Positions 10,677 through 21,140 of a stretch of DNA of 64,000 nucleotides are shown one piece after another. The position numbers and the translations under genes were made by a program. This DNA comes from Thermodesulfobacteriota bacterium (GTDB lineage: Bacteria; Desulfobacterota; QYQD01). Every line of letters begins with the position of its first letter. Position 1 is the stretch's first letter. The notes under the pieces were generated by a model. That model searched no databases and was not told where the DNA came from. It worked only from the letters and a program-made list of their open reading frames with translations. The DNA lies in the NCBI GenBank assembly GCA_040755415.1, contig JBFMAZ010000082.1:148-64147 (forward strand). Reading direction: 5' to 3'.

Positions 10677-12037
10677 CAGTTTTTGCCCCGGGCCGCGCGC
10701 ACCTGCATCTTTATCCTTTGCACGGTCTCCCAGGAAAAGTCCGCGGCGCAGGGGAAAATGGAGTTGTTTTGATAAATAGGGTCGGCTGCGATAGGAAACC
10801 GGGCGGTCTCTACGGCCTTTAGCCAGAGAGGGGAACCTGGTATGGGGGAGTACTCGGCCAGATAAGGCACCCCGCCCGCCGCCTTGACATACTCAATGGA
10901 ATAGGCTACCTCCTGCCATTCCTGGCCGGGTAGGCCGGACAGGATATAGACTCCAATCTCTTTCGTCTCAAATCCAGCCTGCCGGAGACACTTAATAGCC
11001 TGTATCAAATCGCCCTCGCAGATCTTTCCGTCCATGTCCTTGTGCCGTGCCATGTTGGCCGTTTCAAAACCAAATCGGATCGTCTTGAAACCGGCCTGGA
11101 AAAGGAGACGGGCGGTATAATCATCGATCTCCCGGATATGAAGGGCGTTTGGAGTATGAAACCTTACAGGCAATTTCTCTCTGATTACCCCTTCAAGTAT
11201 AGGCCAGATATGCCTCTTCTTGTTAATAAGAAGGGCATCATCATAAAAAGTAAGGTCCTGTATGTTGTATTTTTGATACCAGTAATAAATCTCTCCAAGC
11301 ACCGCCTCCGGGGCACGCTGCGTAAAACAGGGAAACAGCTTATGCGAGGCGCAATAGGCACACCGGAAGGGGCAACCCCGCGAGGTAAGGAGGCAGACGT
11401 AGTCTCGGTTGCCGGGCAGGTCAAAGGCCGGGTAGGGATGGCCATCCAGTGTCTGCGTCTCGGGGATAAAGGCTGGCGCACAACCGGTAATGTTCGTCAG
11501 GAGGGGCCATACTGTTTCTTCACCCGGTCCGGGCAGGACATAATCGGCCCCGGAATACCCTCGCGCGTGATCTGCACAAAGGGTGGCATATATCCCGCCC
11601 AGGATAACCGGGACTCCGGGGAAAATCTTTTTCGTCAGGCGAATAGCCTCAAATACCCCCGGATACCAGTAAGTCATGAGGGAGGTAACCAGAACGGCAT
11701 CGGGTCTTTCTATCGCCTTAAGTCTGGCCCTGAACTCTTCCGGGGTTATGCCGTAACGGCTGTATGTCTTGGGGACATCTTTTAATCCGGCCGGTTTTGG
11801 CACCGGCGTTCTCAAAAAGTTGCCGGTCCCAAATTTTTGGCTTTTACTGCGCTTACTCTTCAGTCCCCCTGAAGTCTCTGAGTGACGGGTAGCGAGGCAA
11901 TCGACAAAATCCACCACAAATCCGTTGCGGCGCAGTATGGACGCCAGATAGAGCAGACCTAAAGGCCTCGCCCATAGATCATAAGCGGCAAAGTCGTAAA
12001 TCCAGGGATTGATAAGTAATAGACGGGGTTCAGGCAT
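10673..12037 (-). CDS. B12-binding-domain radical SAM protein
   Basis: N-terminal Rossmann-like B12 domain, CPFRCAYC (CxxxCxxC) cluster motif, 454 aa. Confidence 0.8.
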   Translation of the reverse strand: MPEPRLLLINPWIYDFAAYDLWARPLGLLYLASILRRNGFVVDFVDCLATRHSETSGGLKSKRSKSQKFGTGNFLRTPVPKPAGLKDVPKTYSRYGITPEEFRARLKAIERPDAVLVTSLMTYWYPGVFEAIRLTKKIFPGVPVILGGIYATLCADHARGYSGADYVLPGPGEETVWPLLTNITGCAPAFIPETQTLDGHPYPAFDLPGNRDYVCLLTSRGCPFRCAYCASHKLFPCFTQRAPEAVLGEIYYWYQKYNIQDLTFYDDALLINKKRHIWPILEGVIREKLPVRFHTPNALHIREIDDYTARLLFQAGFKTIRFGFETANMARHKDMDGKICEGDLIQAIKCLRQAGFETKEIGVYILSGLPGQEWQEVAYSIEYVKAAGGVPYLAEYSPIPGSPLWLKAVETARFPIAADPIYQNNSIFPCAADFSWETVQRIKMQVRAARGKNC

Positions 12038-12986
12038 GGTTTTTTAATTGGAGTTCCAGGGGGTGAGGATACAGATAGTACTGTTCTCTCAGATAAGGAA
12101 GATCACATCTACGTACATAGTGATTCAAAAGCGTAATAGGGACAATCAGAGGAACACGCCCACGGCGGTAAGAATCGATGGCCTCCAGCAGCTCCTGTCT
12201 TTCATCCGGGGAAAGCTGATTTTTAAAACAACCCATAATATATTGCAGGACGCTGGCATTTTTGTTCGGTGTCACTTTCAAGCGCAGGGCCTCCAATAAA
12301 AAACCCTGGTATTGCGCATACAATCCCTTGAGTGAATTCTTTTGCGCCCCGGCTACCAATTTTTTCATCATACCGGAGCGCTTTGGACTGTGGGCAAGGA
12401 TGAGCAGTTCGTGCCTGTTATGGAAATCTGCCAGATTATCCCAGCTCATCTTTTGTGTCCGCATCTCGCGCCACCTTTTAGAAACAAAGATACGCTCTAT
12501 GAAGTTTTCCCGAATGGCAGGATCATGGAGCCGGTCTTCGTCTTGCACCGGACAGAGCGGGAAATGGTCCATAAACGCCCGGGCAAATATTCCCATCCCG
12601 TTTTTTGCGCACCCCCCTTTTTCATTAAAGACCTTGATTCCCCTCACGCCGCAACTGGGAGACCTGGCCTTAAAGATAAAACCCCACAGGTCTTCCTTCG
12701 CCAGTTCAACCACACACTTATGCGCCCAGCGGGCCATACGTTTTGTATGATCCTGACCGGTATGCATCGCCATCAGATGGGGGGAATCCGGATTTCCCAC
12801 CAGGCGCAAGGGCTCCCGGGGGATACCCAGGCCGCTTTCAGCCTCCGGGCATACCGGCCTATATTCCACGTACTGCCCCAGGGTATCGGTGATAAACCAA
12901 TCCCGTTTGTGTCCACCGTCAAAACGGACTTTACTTCCCAGCAAACAGGCGCTGATGCCCAATTTTATGGTTTTCTCCATAACCAT
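12030..12986 (-). CDS. DUF523 / DUF1722 (YbgA-like) fusion protein
   Basis: N-terminus KLGISACLLGSKVRFDGGHK (DUF523) and a C-terminal helical YbgA-like half. Confidence 0.7.
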   Translation of the reverse strand: MVMEKTIKLGISACLLGSKVRFDGGHKRDWFITDTLGQYVEYRPVCPEAESGLGIPREPLRLVGNPDSPHLMAMHTGQDHTKRMARWAHKCVVELAKEDLWGFIFKARSPSCGVRGIKVFNEKGGCAKNGMGIFARAFMDHFPLCPVQDEDRLHDPAIRENFIERIFVSKRWREMRTQKMSWDNLADFHNRHELLILAHSPKRSGMMKKLVAGAQKNSLKGLYAQYQGFLLEALRLKVTPNKNASVLQYIMGCFKNQLSPDERQELLEAIDSYRRGRVPLIVPITLLNHYVRRCDLPYLREQYYLYPHPLELQLKNHA

Positions 12987-13291
12987 CTCTAAATTGCGAT
13001 ATAAGAAATACGCATGGTTATCTGACTATATCAAGCGTGAGGCCCCCCGGCAAGGGGAAATTCCTATACATATCTAGTTGAGATGTTTGTATAACCAGAG
13101 AATAATGTGATATGATTATAAATCAGGGAAGGAAAGAAAAAATTGTTCCCTATAAACTCATTTTTTGATGTAATAAAAAGAAGCCGGTTCTACTGACGGT
13201 GGACTCAGTCACCCGATGCTATTTTCATATTTTACCCATTAACGTGTACATTGGCGCTTGCGAAGTTTGAAGGTATGGGAGGTAGCTGTTT

Positions 13292-14395
13292 ATGGAGAAG
13301 ATCAGGATAGCCATTTCGGGGCTTGGTAACTGTGCGAGTTCATTGATCCAGGGTATTACCTATTATAAAAACAAGGAGAGTAAAAAAACTATCGGATTGA
13401 TGCACCGGGACATCGGAGGATACAAGGCCTCCGATATTGAGGTGGTAGCAGCCTTTGACATTGATAAAAGGAAGGTCGGAAAGGATGTATCCGACGCTAT
13501 CTTTGAACTTCCAAACTGCACGACTGCATTTTGTAGAAATATACCAGGAACAAACGTCCGGGTAAGAATGGGGCAGATACTCGATGGGTTTTCAGAGCAC
13601 ATGAAGAATTATGATGACAAATATACATTCGTCCTTAGCGACGAAAAGGAGGCGTCGAAAGAAGATATAATCAGGGTATTGAAAGAATCAGGGGCAGAGA
13701 TGCTGTTAAATTACCTCCCGGTAGGTTCTGAAGAGGCGGTAAGGTTCTATGCTGAATGCGCCCTTGAGGCAGGGGTAGCCCTTATTAACTGTATGCCGGC
13801 TTTCATAGCCAGCGATCCGGAATGGGCGGATAGATTTAAAGAGAAAGGCATACCGCTGATAGGTGATGATATAAAATCCCAGATCGGCGCCACCATCATC
13901 CATAGAACACTGGCCGATTTATTCAGGAAAAGGGGAGTAAGGCTCGAAAGGACCTATCAGTTGAATACCGGCGGCAACACCGATTTCCTCAACATGCTCA
14001 ACAGAAGCAGGCTTATCTCTAAAAGGGTATCGAAGACAGAGGCCGTCCAGTCAGTCCTGGCCGAAAGGCTTGCGCCCGAAGATATACACATCGGCCCCAG
14101 TGATTATGTGGCCTGGCAGAAAGACAATAAGGTCTGCTTTATCCGAATGGAGGGCAGACTTTTCGGCGACGTCCCCCTGGACCTCGAACTGCGGCTCTCG
14201 GTTGAGGATTCCCCGAACTCCGCAGGGGTGACCATTGATGCCATCCGGTGCTGCAAGCTGGCTCTGGATAGAGGCCAGGGGGGTGTTCTGTATTCTCCTT
14301 CTGCATACTTTATGAAACATCCTCCCAGACAGTTCACTGATGACGAGGCATACCGGATGACCGAAGAATTCATCGCCGGGACGAGAGAGGTTTAA
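13292..14395 (+). CDS. ino1: inositol-3-phosphate synthase
   Basis: N-terminus IRIAISGLGNCASSLIQGI, LPVGSEEA, NTGGNTDF and SKxxSKT-like motifs of the bacterial/archaeal MIPS family. Confidence 0.8.
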   Translation: MEKIRIAISGLGNCASSLIQGITYYKNKESKKTIGLMHRDIGGYKASDIEVVAAFDIDKRKVGKDVSDAIFELPNCTTAFCRNIPGTNVRVRMGQILDGFSEHMKNYDDKYTFVLSDEKEASKEDIIRVLKESGAEMLLNYLPVGSEEAVRFYAECALEAGVALINCMPAFIASDPEWADRFKEKGIPLIGDDIKSQIGATIIHRTLADLFRKRGVRLERTYQLNTGGNTDFLNMLNRSRLISKRVSKTEAVQSVLAERLAPEDIHIGPSDYVAWQKDNKVCFIRMEGRLFGDVPLDLELRLSVEDSPNSAGVTIDAIRCCKLALDRGQGGVLYSPSAYFMKHPPRQFTDDEAYRMTEEFIAGTREV

Positions 14396-14513
14396 CCATA
14401 AGGGGTTCGACTTACTGCACGGCTATGTTATAATAAACAAAAAACACCGGATAAATCCTGCAGGATACCATGTAGAAAAAAACGGTAAGGACACGAAAAA
14501 CGGAGGGATTGGC

Positions 14514-14996
14514 ATGGACAAAGGTCAGTACGGCAGAAGAGACAGGTTGGTCCAGGAAAAAAGGCACGACACTTACAAAGAATGGGGAAAGTGGCCGGAA
14601 CCGACTGTATGTACTGAATGTGGTTCCCTTTTCGAAGACGGGCGTTGGTCCTGGAAGAAGCCGCCTAAGAAGGCCAATAAGGTGGTCTGCCCCGCCTGTC
14701 AGCGTATCGCTGATGACTATCCGGCAGGCTATCTGGAGATCAAGGGCGATTTCTTCAAACAACACCGGGAAGAGCTGCTGAACCTCATCCATAATGAAGA
14801 GGAGTTGGAGAAGGGAGAACACCCCATGGAAAGGATCATGTCCATTGTGGATGAAGACGACCGCACCCTGATTAAGACAACCGGGGTGCATATAGCCCGC
14901 CGCATCGGGGAGGCCCTATCCCGGGCCTATCAGGGTGATTTTTCCTTACAGTACGGCGATGCCGAAAAGACTATAAGGGTTTATTGGAGCCGGTAA
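14514..14996 (+). CDS. conserved zinc-ribbon protein (NMD3-like / BCAM0308-type)
   Basis: CTECG...GRWSW...CPACQRI pattern; GGAGGG RBS 7 nt upstream of the ATG. Confidence 0.5.
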   Translation: MDKGQYGRRDRLVQEKRHDTYKEWGKWPEPTVCTECGSLFEDGRWSWKKPPKKANKVVCPACQRIADDYPAGYLEIKGDFFKQHREELLNLIHNEEELEKGEHPMERIMSIVDEDDRTLIKTTGVHIARRIGEALSRAYQGDFSLQYGDAEKTIRVYWSR

Positions 14997-14998
14997 TT

Positions 14999-15406
14999 GT
15001 GCGCATTATGGGTCTGGACATAGGTACAAAGACCATAGGCATCGCCGTAAGCGATGAACTAGGCATTACCGCTCAACCGCTAAAAACCTTATCCCGGAAG
15101 ACTGAAGAGGAAGATATAGATGCCCTGAAAAGGCTTATCAGCGAGTTAAAAGTCACAGAAGTAGTCGTAGGGCTCCCCAAAAGAACGGACGGTAGCCTTG
15201 GACAGGCGGCGGTTTTGGTTCTGGAATTTGCAGAAAAGCTGAAATTGGCTATTCCGCAGCCTATCCACACCTGGGATGAGCGTTTTTCCACAGTGGCGGT
15301 TACAAGGACATTGCTTGCGGGTGACGTCAGCCGCGCCAAACGCAAAAAAGTGGTCAATCACCTGGCCGCGGCCTATATCCTCCAGGGTTTCTTAGACAGC
15401 AGATGA
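14999..15406 (+). CDS. ruvX: Holliday junction resolvase-like RuvX (YqgF)
   Basis: IMGLDIGTKTIGIAVSD...VVVGLPK motifs. The ORF track starts at TTG 14984; GTG 14999 or ATG 15008 are more likely starts. Confidence 0.85.
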   Translation: MRIMGLDIGTKTIGIAVSDELGITAQPLKTLSRKTEEEDIDALKRLISELKVTEVVVGLPKRTDGSLGQAAVLVLEFAEKLKLAIPQPIHTWDERFSTVAVTRTLLAGDVSRAKRKKVVNHLAAAYILQGFLDSR

Positions 15407-16452
15407 TAAGGATACCTGACCGCATTAGGAAATGTCTTAGGTGGCAGGTGCTGGTGGGTGTATATGTTGTACTTTTTCTCGCCTATCAGGTTTTCACCTT
15501 TCTCTATATCCCGCCGGAAAGGCATGCAAAGCCAAAGGTTATCTATATCCGGCCAAAGACCAAATTTCTGACTATTTCCCGTCAATTGCAAGACGAAGGC
15601 ATTATTAGAAGCAGTTTTAAATTTGCTATATTGGCAAAACTCACCGGGTCAGTCAACCGGATAAGAGCCGGAGAATATGAACTAAGCCCCTCTATGCTCC
15701 CCCGGGAAGTGCTCAATAAATTGGTCAGTGGCTGGGTTATTCAGCACATGGTCACTATCCCCGAAGGCTACAACATCTATCAGATTGCCGACACACTCGA
15801 TAAGGAAGGGTTAGTAAAAAAACAGGAATTTCTGGCTAGGGCCTTTGACCAGGATCTTATATTATCCCTTGGACTTGAGGGGAAAAGCCTGGAGGGTTAT
15901 CTCTTCCCGGATACCTATGAATTTTGGCGGGATATGCAGACGGAAGACGTCCTTCGTAAGATGACAGGCCGGTTTAAGAAGATATACTCACAGAAGTATG
16001 CAGAAGAGGCTAAAGGACAAGGCCTGTCCATGCGTGAGGTTGTAACGCTGGCCTCCATTATTGAGAAGGAAACCGGTGTCCCGGGCGAGAGGAGACTTAT
16101 TTCGGCTGTCTTCCATAACCGGTTGCGTCGCAGTATGCCCTTGCAGGCAGATCCGACGGTTATTTATGGGATACGCGATTTTAACGGCAACCTCACCAGA
16201 AAGGATCTGCAGACACTAACCCCTTATAATACATACATAATCAAAGGATTACCGCCAGGCCCCATAGCCTGCCCGGGGGAGGAGGCAATCAAAGCGGCCC
16301 TTAATCCTGCAAAAAAAAGGTATTTGTATTTTGTCTCCAAGAATGACGGTTCACATCATTTCTCAAGCACCCTTGAAGCCCACCAACGGGCCGTCGCCAT
16401 ATACCAAAAAAAGCCTGTCTCAGACGTCCCGGCCTCTGACACTACTGATTAA
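15403..16452 (+). CDS. mltG: endolytic murein transglycosylase MltG (YceG)
   Basis: N-terminal TM segment, TIPEGY, ASIIEKET and LQADPTVIYG motifs. Confidence 0.85.
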   Translation: MIRIPDRIRKCLRWQVLVGVYVVLFLAYQVFTFLYIPPERHAKPKVIYIRPKTKFLTISRQLQDEGIIRSSFKFAILAKLTGSVNRIRAGEYELSPSMLPREVLNKLVSGWVIQHMVTIPEGYNIYQIADTLDKEGLVKKQEFLARAFDQDLILSLGLEGKSLEGYLFPDTYEFWRDMQTEDVLRKMTGRFKKIYSQKYAEEAKGQGLSMREVVTLASIIEKETGVPGERRLISAVFHNRLRRSMPLQADPTVIYGIRDFNGNLTRKDLQTLTPYNTYIIKGLPPGPIACPGEEAIKAALNPAKKRYLYFVSKNDGSHHFSSTLEAHQRAVAIYQKKPVSDVPASDTTD

Positions 16453-16570
16453 TTGGTTTCCATCCGAAAATCCCCCTGTATCCCCCTTTTCCAAAGGGGG
16501 ATTTCAATATTTCCCCCCTTTAGCAAAAGGGGGGGGTGGGGGGATTTGGTAGTTTTCGGATGGGAACTAA
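16453..16570. mobile_element. MITE-like element, family B (two CCCCCTTT..AAAGGGGG hairpin modules)
   Basis: TTGGTTTCCATCCGAAAA ... TTTTCGGATGGGAACTAA. It starts directly after the mltG stop and is about 95% identical to 27061..27180. Confidence 0.8.
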
Positions 16571-16629
16571 TTAGTTTTTATTAAGGAACATCGGGTCCCA
16601 CAAAAAGAGTGGGTTCGGAATCTTTTAGC

Positions 16630-16657
16630 TTGACAAGCTCGAGCCATTTTATATAGA
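16630..16657 (+). promoter_or_regulatory. candidate sigma-70 promoter upstream of the cytochrome c3 gene
   Basis: TTGACA-16 nt-TATAGA, about 200 nt upstream of the CDS. Confidence 0.35.
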
Positions 16658-16864
16658 ATTTGCGAAGCGTATGACTCCGTGACCATCTGACCCGGATAGG
16701 TAAAACTCCTGTCTAATCATTTTTTGAAGTGATGACATCTGGGTAAGCCGGCCGGGTAAATCAGGCGTCTAATTAAATAAAAAAACTTTCAACAGGATTG
16801 GCATAATTAGACAGTCTTTTTGTTTCGTCAGTTGTTGAATTTAACATGAAAGGAGGTGAAAAAG

Positions 16865-17278
16865 ATGAAAAAACTAGCAATTATTATGGCTGTAATCGCC
16901 TCTTTTTGCCTGGTAGCGGTGGCCTTTGCGGCAGAGCCGGATACGGTCACTATCAGCAGTAAGGCCTATGCCAAGCATACCAAGGGCCTGGTAAAATTCA
17001 CCCATAAGAAACATGCTGTTGATTTGAAGATCGGTTGTACCGACTGCCATCATGTCTATAAGGATGGCAAGAATGTCTGGAAGAAGGGTGACGCGGTAAA
17101 AAAATGTGATAGCTGCCACAGTGTGGCCAAACCCATGGCCCAACTCTCCCCACAGGAGAAGAAGCAATTGGCCTCACCGGAACTGGCATTTCATAAGAAT
17201 TGTAAGGAGTGCCACATGCAGGCCAAAAAAGAAGGCAAAAAAGCACCGGTGGCCTGTACAGAGTGTCACGGCAAGTAA
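16865..17278 (+). CDS. tetraheme cytochrome c3 family protein
   Basis: Signal peptide plus four CxxCH motifs (CTDCH, CDSCH, CKECH, CTECH). AGGAGG RBS lies 8 nt before ATG 16865; the ORF track GTG 16856 lies inside the RBS. Confidence 0.85.
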   Translation: MKKLAIIMAVIASFCLVAVAFAAEPDTVTISSKAYAKHTKGLVKFTHKKHAVDLKIGCTDCHHVYKDGKNVWKKGDAVKKCDSCHSVAKPMAQLSPQEKKQLASPELAFHKNCKECHMQAKKEGKKAPVACTECHGK

Positions 17279-17304
17279 ATAAGCCGGTCTTAATGGCATA
17301 AGAG

Positions 17305-17343
17305 CGGGGATTGAGAGGTATTGCCTCCAATCCCCGTTTTATT
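17305..17343 (+). terminator. rho-independent terminator
   Basis: CGGGGATTGAGAGG-TATT-GCCTCCAATCCCCG followed by TTTTATTT. Confidence 0.75.
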
Positions 17344-17384
17344 TGACAGTTTCATAAAAAGTCACCTTTTCACGCAAAGGCGCA

Positions 17385-17527
17385 AACCTATAAATCCGAA
17401 ATCCTAATATCGAAACCCGAAACAAATCCTAAATCAAAATGCTCAAATGACCGAAACATAATTGTTTGGAATTTTGGTCATTTGAATTTGTTTCGTGTTT
17501 CGAATTTCGTGCTCCGGATTTCTTGCA
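17385..17527. repeat. AT-rich palindromic element, family C
   Basis: AAATCCGAAATC...GAAACAAATC // GATTTGTTTCG...CCGGATTT. The reverse complement of its right arm closely matches the left arm of 24862..25017. Confidence 0.7.
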
Positions 17528-17718
17528 TTTCTGCATCCTTGGCGGCCTTGCGTGATATTTGAGACCTTACACTCTCTCGCAGACAAAAAAGTAGTGTTTT
17601 TCTGGCCCCCTTCTGCTATAAAATCCAGACAGAAAGAGCTGAAGGCTGAAAGCTGAAAGCCAGGGTTTATATCCTGACTTCTGAATTCTGACTCCTGTAT
17701 TCTGTATTCTTTACAAAT

Positions 17719-19098
17719 ATGATTTCACCTCCAACTTTATCCAAGATCGAAAACATCATCGGCAAAAAAAACCTCCTTACCTCTCAGGAGGACTGCATCT
17801 GTTATGCCTATGACGCCACCAATCTATTCTACTTGCCGGATGCTGTGGCCATCCCTGGAACAGCAGGAGAAATAGATGCTATTATGCAACTCGCTAATCG
17901 GGAAAAATTTCCGGTCACACCCCGCGGTGCCGGTACCGGTATGACCGGAGGCGCTCTGGCGATAAATGGAGGATTGGTCCTGGTGCTCACCCGGCTTAAC
18001 CGTATCCTGGAAATTGATACGGAAAACCTGATAGCGGTAGTAGAACCAGGGGTAATAACCGGCGACTTACAAAGAGAGGTAGAAAAGGTCGGCCTTTTTT
18101 ACCCCCCTGATCCATCCAGCCTTAAGTTTTCCACTATAGGCGGAAATGTTGCCGAATGTGCCGGCGGCGCCCGGGCTGTTAAGTACGGTGTCACCAAAGA
18201 TTATGTAATCGGCCTGGAAGTGGTGCTGCCCACCGGCGGGATTATCAGGACGGGTGTGCGCACCAGAAAAGGTGTGGTAGGGTATGATTTAACCAAGCTC
18301 TTGGTAGGCTCTGAGGGGACACTGGGAATCATTACCAGGATCATCCTTAAATTACTTCCCCTGCCGGAGGCCCGGAAGACCCTGTTAGCTATATTTGACA
18401 GACTGGATACGGCCATGCAGACTGTATCCGGTATTATCAGCGCCCGAATTATACCGGCGGCCCTGGAATTCATGGACCAGACCGTTATCTCCTGTGTTGA
18501 AGACTACCTGCATCTGGGGTTACCCAGAGAAGCCGGGGCCTTGCTTTTAATAGAAGTGGACGGTCATAAAGAGGCAGTAGAATCAGAGGCGAATAAGGTT
18601 TCCCAGCTATGCCAGAAATTTGGGGCCATAGACATCCGGACAGCCGGAGACGAAGGCGAAGCAGCCCTCCTGTGGCAGGCCCGCCGGGCTGTCTCCCCGG
18701 CCCTGTTTAAACTTAAACCCCATAAAATAAGCGAGGATATTGTCGTCCCACGCAGCCGCATAGCGGAGATGGTTTCCCGGGCCAGGGCCATAGGTACGGA
18801 AAACGACTTAATCGTCCTCTGTTTTGGCCATGCCGGAGACGGCAATATCCATATAAATATTATGATCGACCGGGAAGACAAGGCTGAGGCGCAAAAAGCC
18901 CAAAAAGCCAAAGAACAGATATTCCGCACCGCCGTGGAACTGGGGGGGACATTATCGGGTGAGCACGGCATAGGCATAACGAAATCACCCTTTCTGGGGC
19001 TTGAACTAGACCCCCTGGCCATTGAAACCATGAAGAAGATAAAGGCAGCGTTCGATCCTAATAATATCCTGAATCCTGGAAAGGTATTCCCATATTGA
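17719..19098 (+). CDS. FAD-linked oxidase (GlcD/D-lactate dehydrogenase-like)
   Basis: FAD-binding PCMH domain (PRGAGTGMTGGA) and C-terminal GTLSGEHGIG motif. Confidence 0.8.
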   Translation: MISPPTLSKIENIIGKKNLLTSQEDCICYAYDATNLFYLPDAVAIPGTAGEIDAIMQLANREKFPVTPRGAGTGMTGGALAINGGLVLVLTRLNRILEIDTENLIAVVEPGVITGDLQREVEKVGLFYPPDPSSLKFSTIGGNVAECAGGARAVKYGVTKDYVIGLEVVLPTGGIIRTGVRTRKGVVGYDLTKLLVGSEGTLGIITRIILKLLPLPEARKTLLAIFDRLDTAMQTVSGIISARIIPAALEFMDQTVISCVEDYLHLGLPREAGALLLIEVDGHKEAVESEANKVSQLCQKFGAIDIRTAGDEGEAALLWQARRAVSPALFKLKPHKISEDIVVPRSRIAEMVSRARAIGTENDLIVLCFGHAGDGNIHINIMIDREDKAEAQKAQKAKEQIFRTAVELGGTLSGEHGIGITKSPFLGLELDPLAIETMKKIKAAFDPNNILNPGKVFPY

Positions 19099-21140
19099 AC
19101 CGGGAAAGTCATAGAGCCGCCGGGGCAGGCTTGTCGGCAACAAGGCCTTCAAATCATCTGGAGCGGACTATACTTACTATAGCCATAGCCGCCTTTTTCC
19201 CTACTGTCCTCTTCCTCCGGTATTTACATGGTATAGGGATTACGCTGTTAATAACAAAGGCATTCCCGCCCCTGCATCTCGTTTCTGAATATTTAGGTAT
19301 ATTTGTCTCCGTATCCCTCTTTTTGCTGGCCTGGCATACCTATCCTGACCGGCGCGACACGTTTATATTATCTCTGGGAAACGCCTTCCTGCTGGTCGGC
19401 CTTTTGAGCCTGCTCCATATCATGCATTACCAGGAAAGTTTTGTCCCTATCAAGAGTAACGTATCACCAAACAACCCCGTTTGTTTTCATGCCATAAGCC
19501 AACTTTTGCTGCCGTTAGGCATTCTGTTCAGTATATTTGCGGCGGGCAGGACATTTTCGGCGCATAGACGTCTTCACTACTTATTAGGGGTGCTCGCTCT
19601 CTTCACTCTGATATTGGGCGCCGGCTCGTACCTGGAATCTCTCCAATCTGCCCTCTCGCCAATAAATGCGTCCCGCCTTATCAACCGGGATCTCTTGACT
19701 GTTCCCCTCTACGCCGTGGCTATATACCTCTACTACAAGAAAAAATTGTTTGCCGAAGCTAAGTCCAATGCCTTATTCCTGGGCGCCCTGGCCCTGCTGG
19801 CGTATAGTGAGGCCTTGAACAACGGATCATGCTTCCAGTGTAAAGACTGCCCGCTAAGAAATCACAACCCCTTTTCTCATCTCTTCACCATTGCGGCTTA
19901 TGGCGTTATCTATTGGGTAGTCTTTGTCTCATCTATTCGCTATCCTTATAAGGCACTTTATGCGGTTAAAGAAGACCTCTCCGAAAAATATCAGGAACTT
20001 TCTGCCGCCCTGGAGATGTTAAAACAATCGGAAGAAAGGTACCGCCTGTTGGTTGAAAACTCGAACGATCTGATATACACTCTCGACTCACACAGTCGCA
20101 TCACCTTTGTAAACCGAAACATAAGCGCCTTGACCGGTTACACGCCTGCCGAGTTACATGGTAAAAGTGTTTTTGACATCCTTACCCCGGAGTCGCAAAA
20201 AAAGGCCATAGCACAGATCAGGACGCTGGTGAAGACCAGACGTATCCTGGTTGAAGACCTGGAAATAATGGCTAAGGATGGAAAGAAAAGAACTCTCATG
20301 GTCAATATCCAGCCTATACAAGACGCCGGAGGCAGGATAACAGGATTTCAGGGCATAGCCAGGGATATCTCCGAACGCAGGCAACAACGGGAACAGATGA
20401 TCCACTCCGAAAAACTGGCTACGGTGGGACTTATTGCCTCAGGTATTGCCCATGAAATTGGTACGCCCTTGAATATTATTTCTGGTAACGCTGAGTTTCT
20501 CTTGGCTGACCTTCCTGAGCAACACCCCATGCGTGAAGAGTTAGAGACCATAATCGATCAGTGCCAGAGGATATCCGACCAGGTTAAGAGTCTCCTGGAT
20601 TTTGCCCGTCCTTCGTCCTTAGAGTTTGCCCCGTTAAATATAAACGAGATCATTCATGACACCCTCCGCCTTTTAAAACATATGATTAAACCGGATCATA
20701 ACCTACAACTGAATTTAACCCCGGACCTGCCGCCCTTAATGGGTGATAAATACAGGCTGCGACAATTATTCATCAATCTCCTCCTGAATGCCTTTCAAGC
20801 CATGCCCACGGGTGGTTCACTAAAGATAAGCACCGGCCTGATACCGGCATCACGTGCCTCTAAAATAGAAGGGCCGTATGTGGAGATAAAAATACAGGAT
20901 TCCGGTCAGGGCATTGAAAAAGAAAATCTAAAGTCCATATTTGACCCCTTTTTTACTACCAAGGCCATCGGCCAGGGAACCGGCCTGGGGCTGGCCGTAT
21001 GCCTGAGGATAGTCAAAGATCACGGGGGGAGCATCGAGGTCGAAAGCGTAGTCAACAAAGGCACTACATTTATAATCCGTCTTCCATTGCGTGCATTTCT
21101 AAAAGATGGCGTAACAGAGGAAACTATTAGCCATGTCTGA
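19095..21140 (+). CDS. multi-TM PAS-domain sensor histidine kinase
   Basis: About 280-aa polytopic N-terminus, PAS domain, H-box SGIAHEIGTPLN, N/G boxes (NLLLNAFQA, DSGQGI, GTGLGL). Confidence 0.85.
   Translation: MNRESHRAAGAGLSATRPSNHLERTILTIAIAAFFPTVLFLRYLHGIGITLLITKAFPPLHLVSEYLGIFVSVSLFLLAWHTYPDRRDTFILSLGNAFLLVGLLSLLHIMHYQESFVPIKSNVSPNNPVCFHAISQLLLPLGILFSIFAAGRTFSAHRRLHYLLGVLALFTLILGAGSYLESLQSALSPINASRLINRDLLTVPLYAVAIYLYYKKKLFAEAKSNALFLGALALLAYSEALNNGSCFQCKDCPLRNHNPFSHLFTIAAYGVIYWVVFVSSIRYPYKALYAVKEDLSEKYQELSAALEMLKQSEERYRLLVENSNDLIYTLDSHSRITFVNRNISALTGYTPAELHGKSVFDILTPESQKKAIAQIRTLVKTRRILVEDLEIMAKDGKKRTLMVNIQPIQDAGGRITGFQGIARDISERRQQREQMIHSEKLATVGLIASGIAHEIGTPLNIISGNAEFLLADLPEQHPMREELETIIDQCQRISDQVKSLLDFARPSSLEFAPLNINEIIHDTLRLLKHMIKPDHNLQLNLTPDLPPLMGDKYRLRQLFINLLLNAFQAMPTGGSLKISTGLIPASRASKIEGPYVEIKIQDSGQGIEKENLKSIFDPFFTTKAIGQGTGLGLAVCLRIVKDHGGSIEVESVVNKGTTFIIRLPLRAFLKDGVTEETISHV

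Noticed and set aside
14412-14891. 159-aa minus-strand ORF
   Set aside because: It lies antisense to the zinc-ribbon gene, which has an RBS and conserved Cys pattern. The hydrophobic, low-complexity translation is typical of a shadow frame.
16453-16570. Possible CRISPR array, given the recurring CCCCCTTT..AAAGGGGG units here and at 5.7, 27.0, 42.9, 43.8, 45.5 and 57.2 kb
   Set aside because: The units are self-complementary hairpins, only 2-3 per locus, with no regular repeat-spacer periodicity. They are bounded by terminal inverted repeats and in some cases by target-site duplications. No cas genes are present. They are MITE modules.
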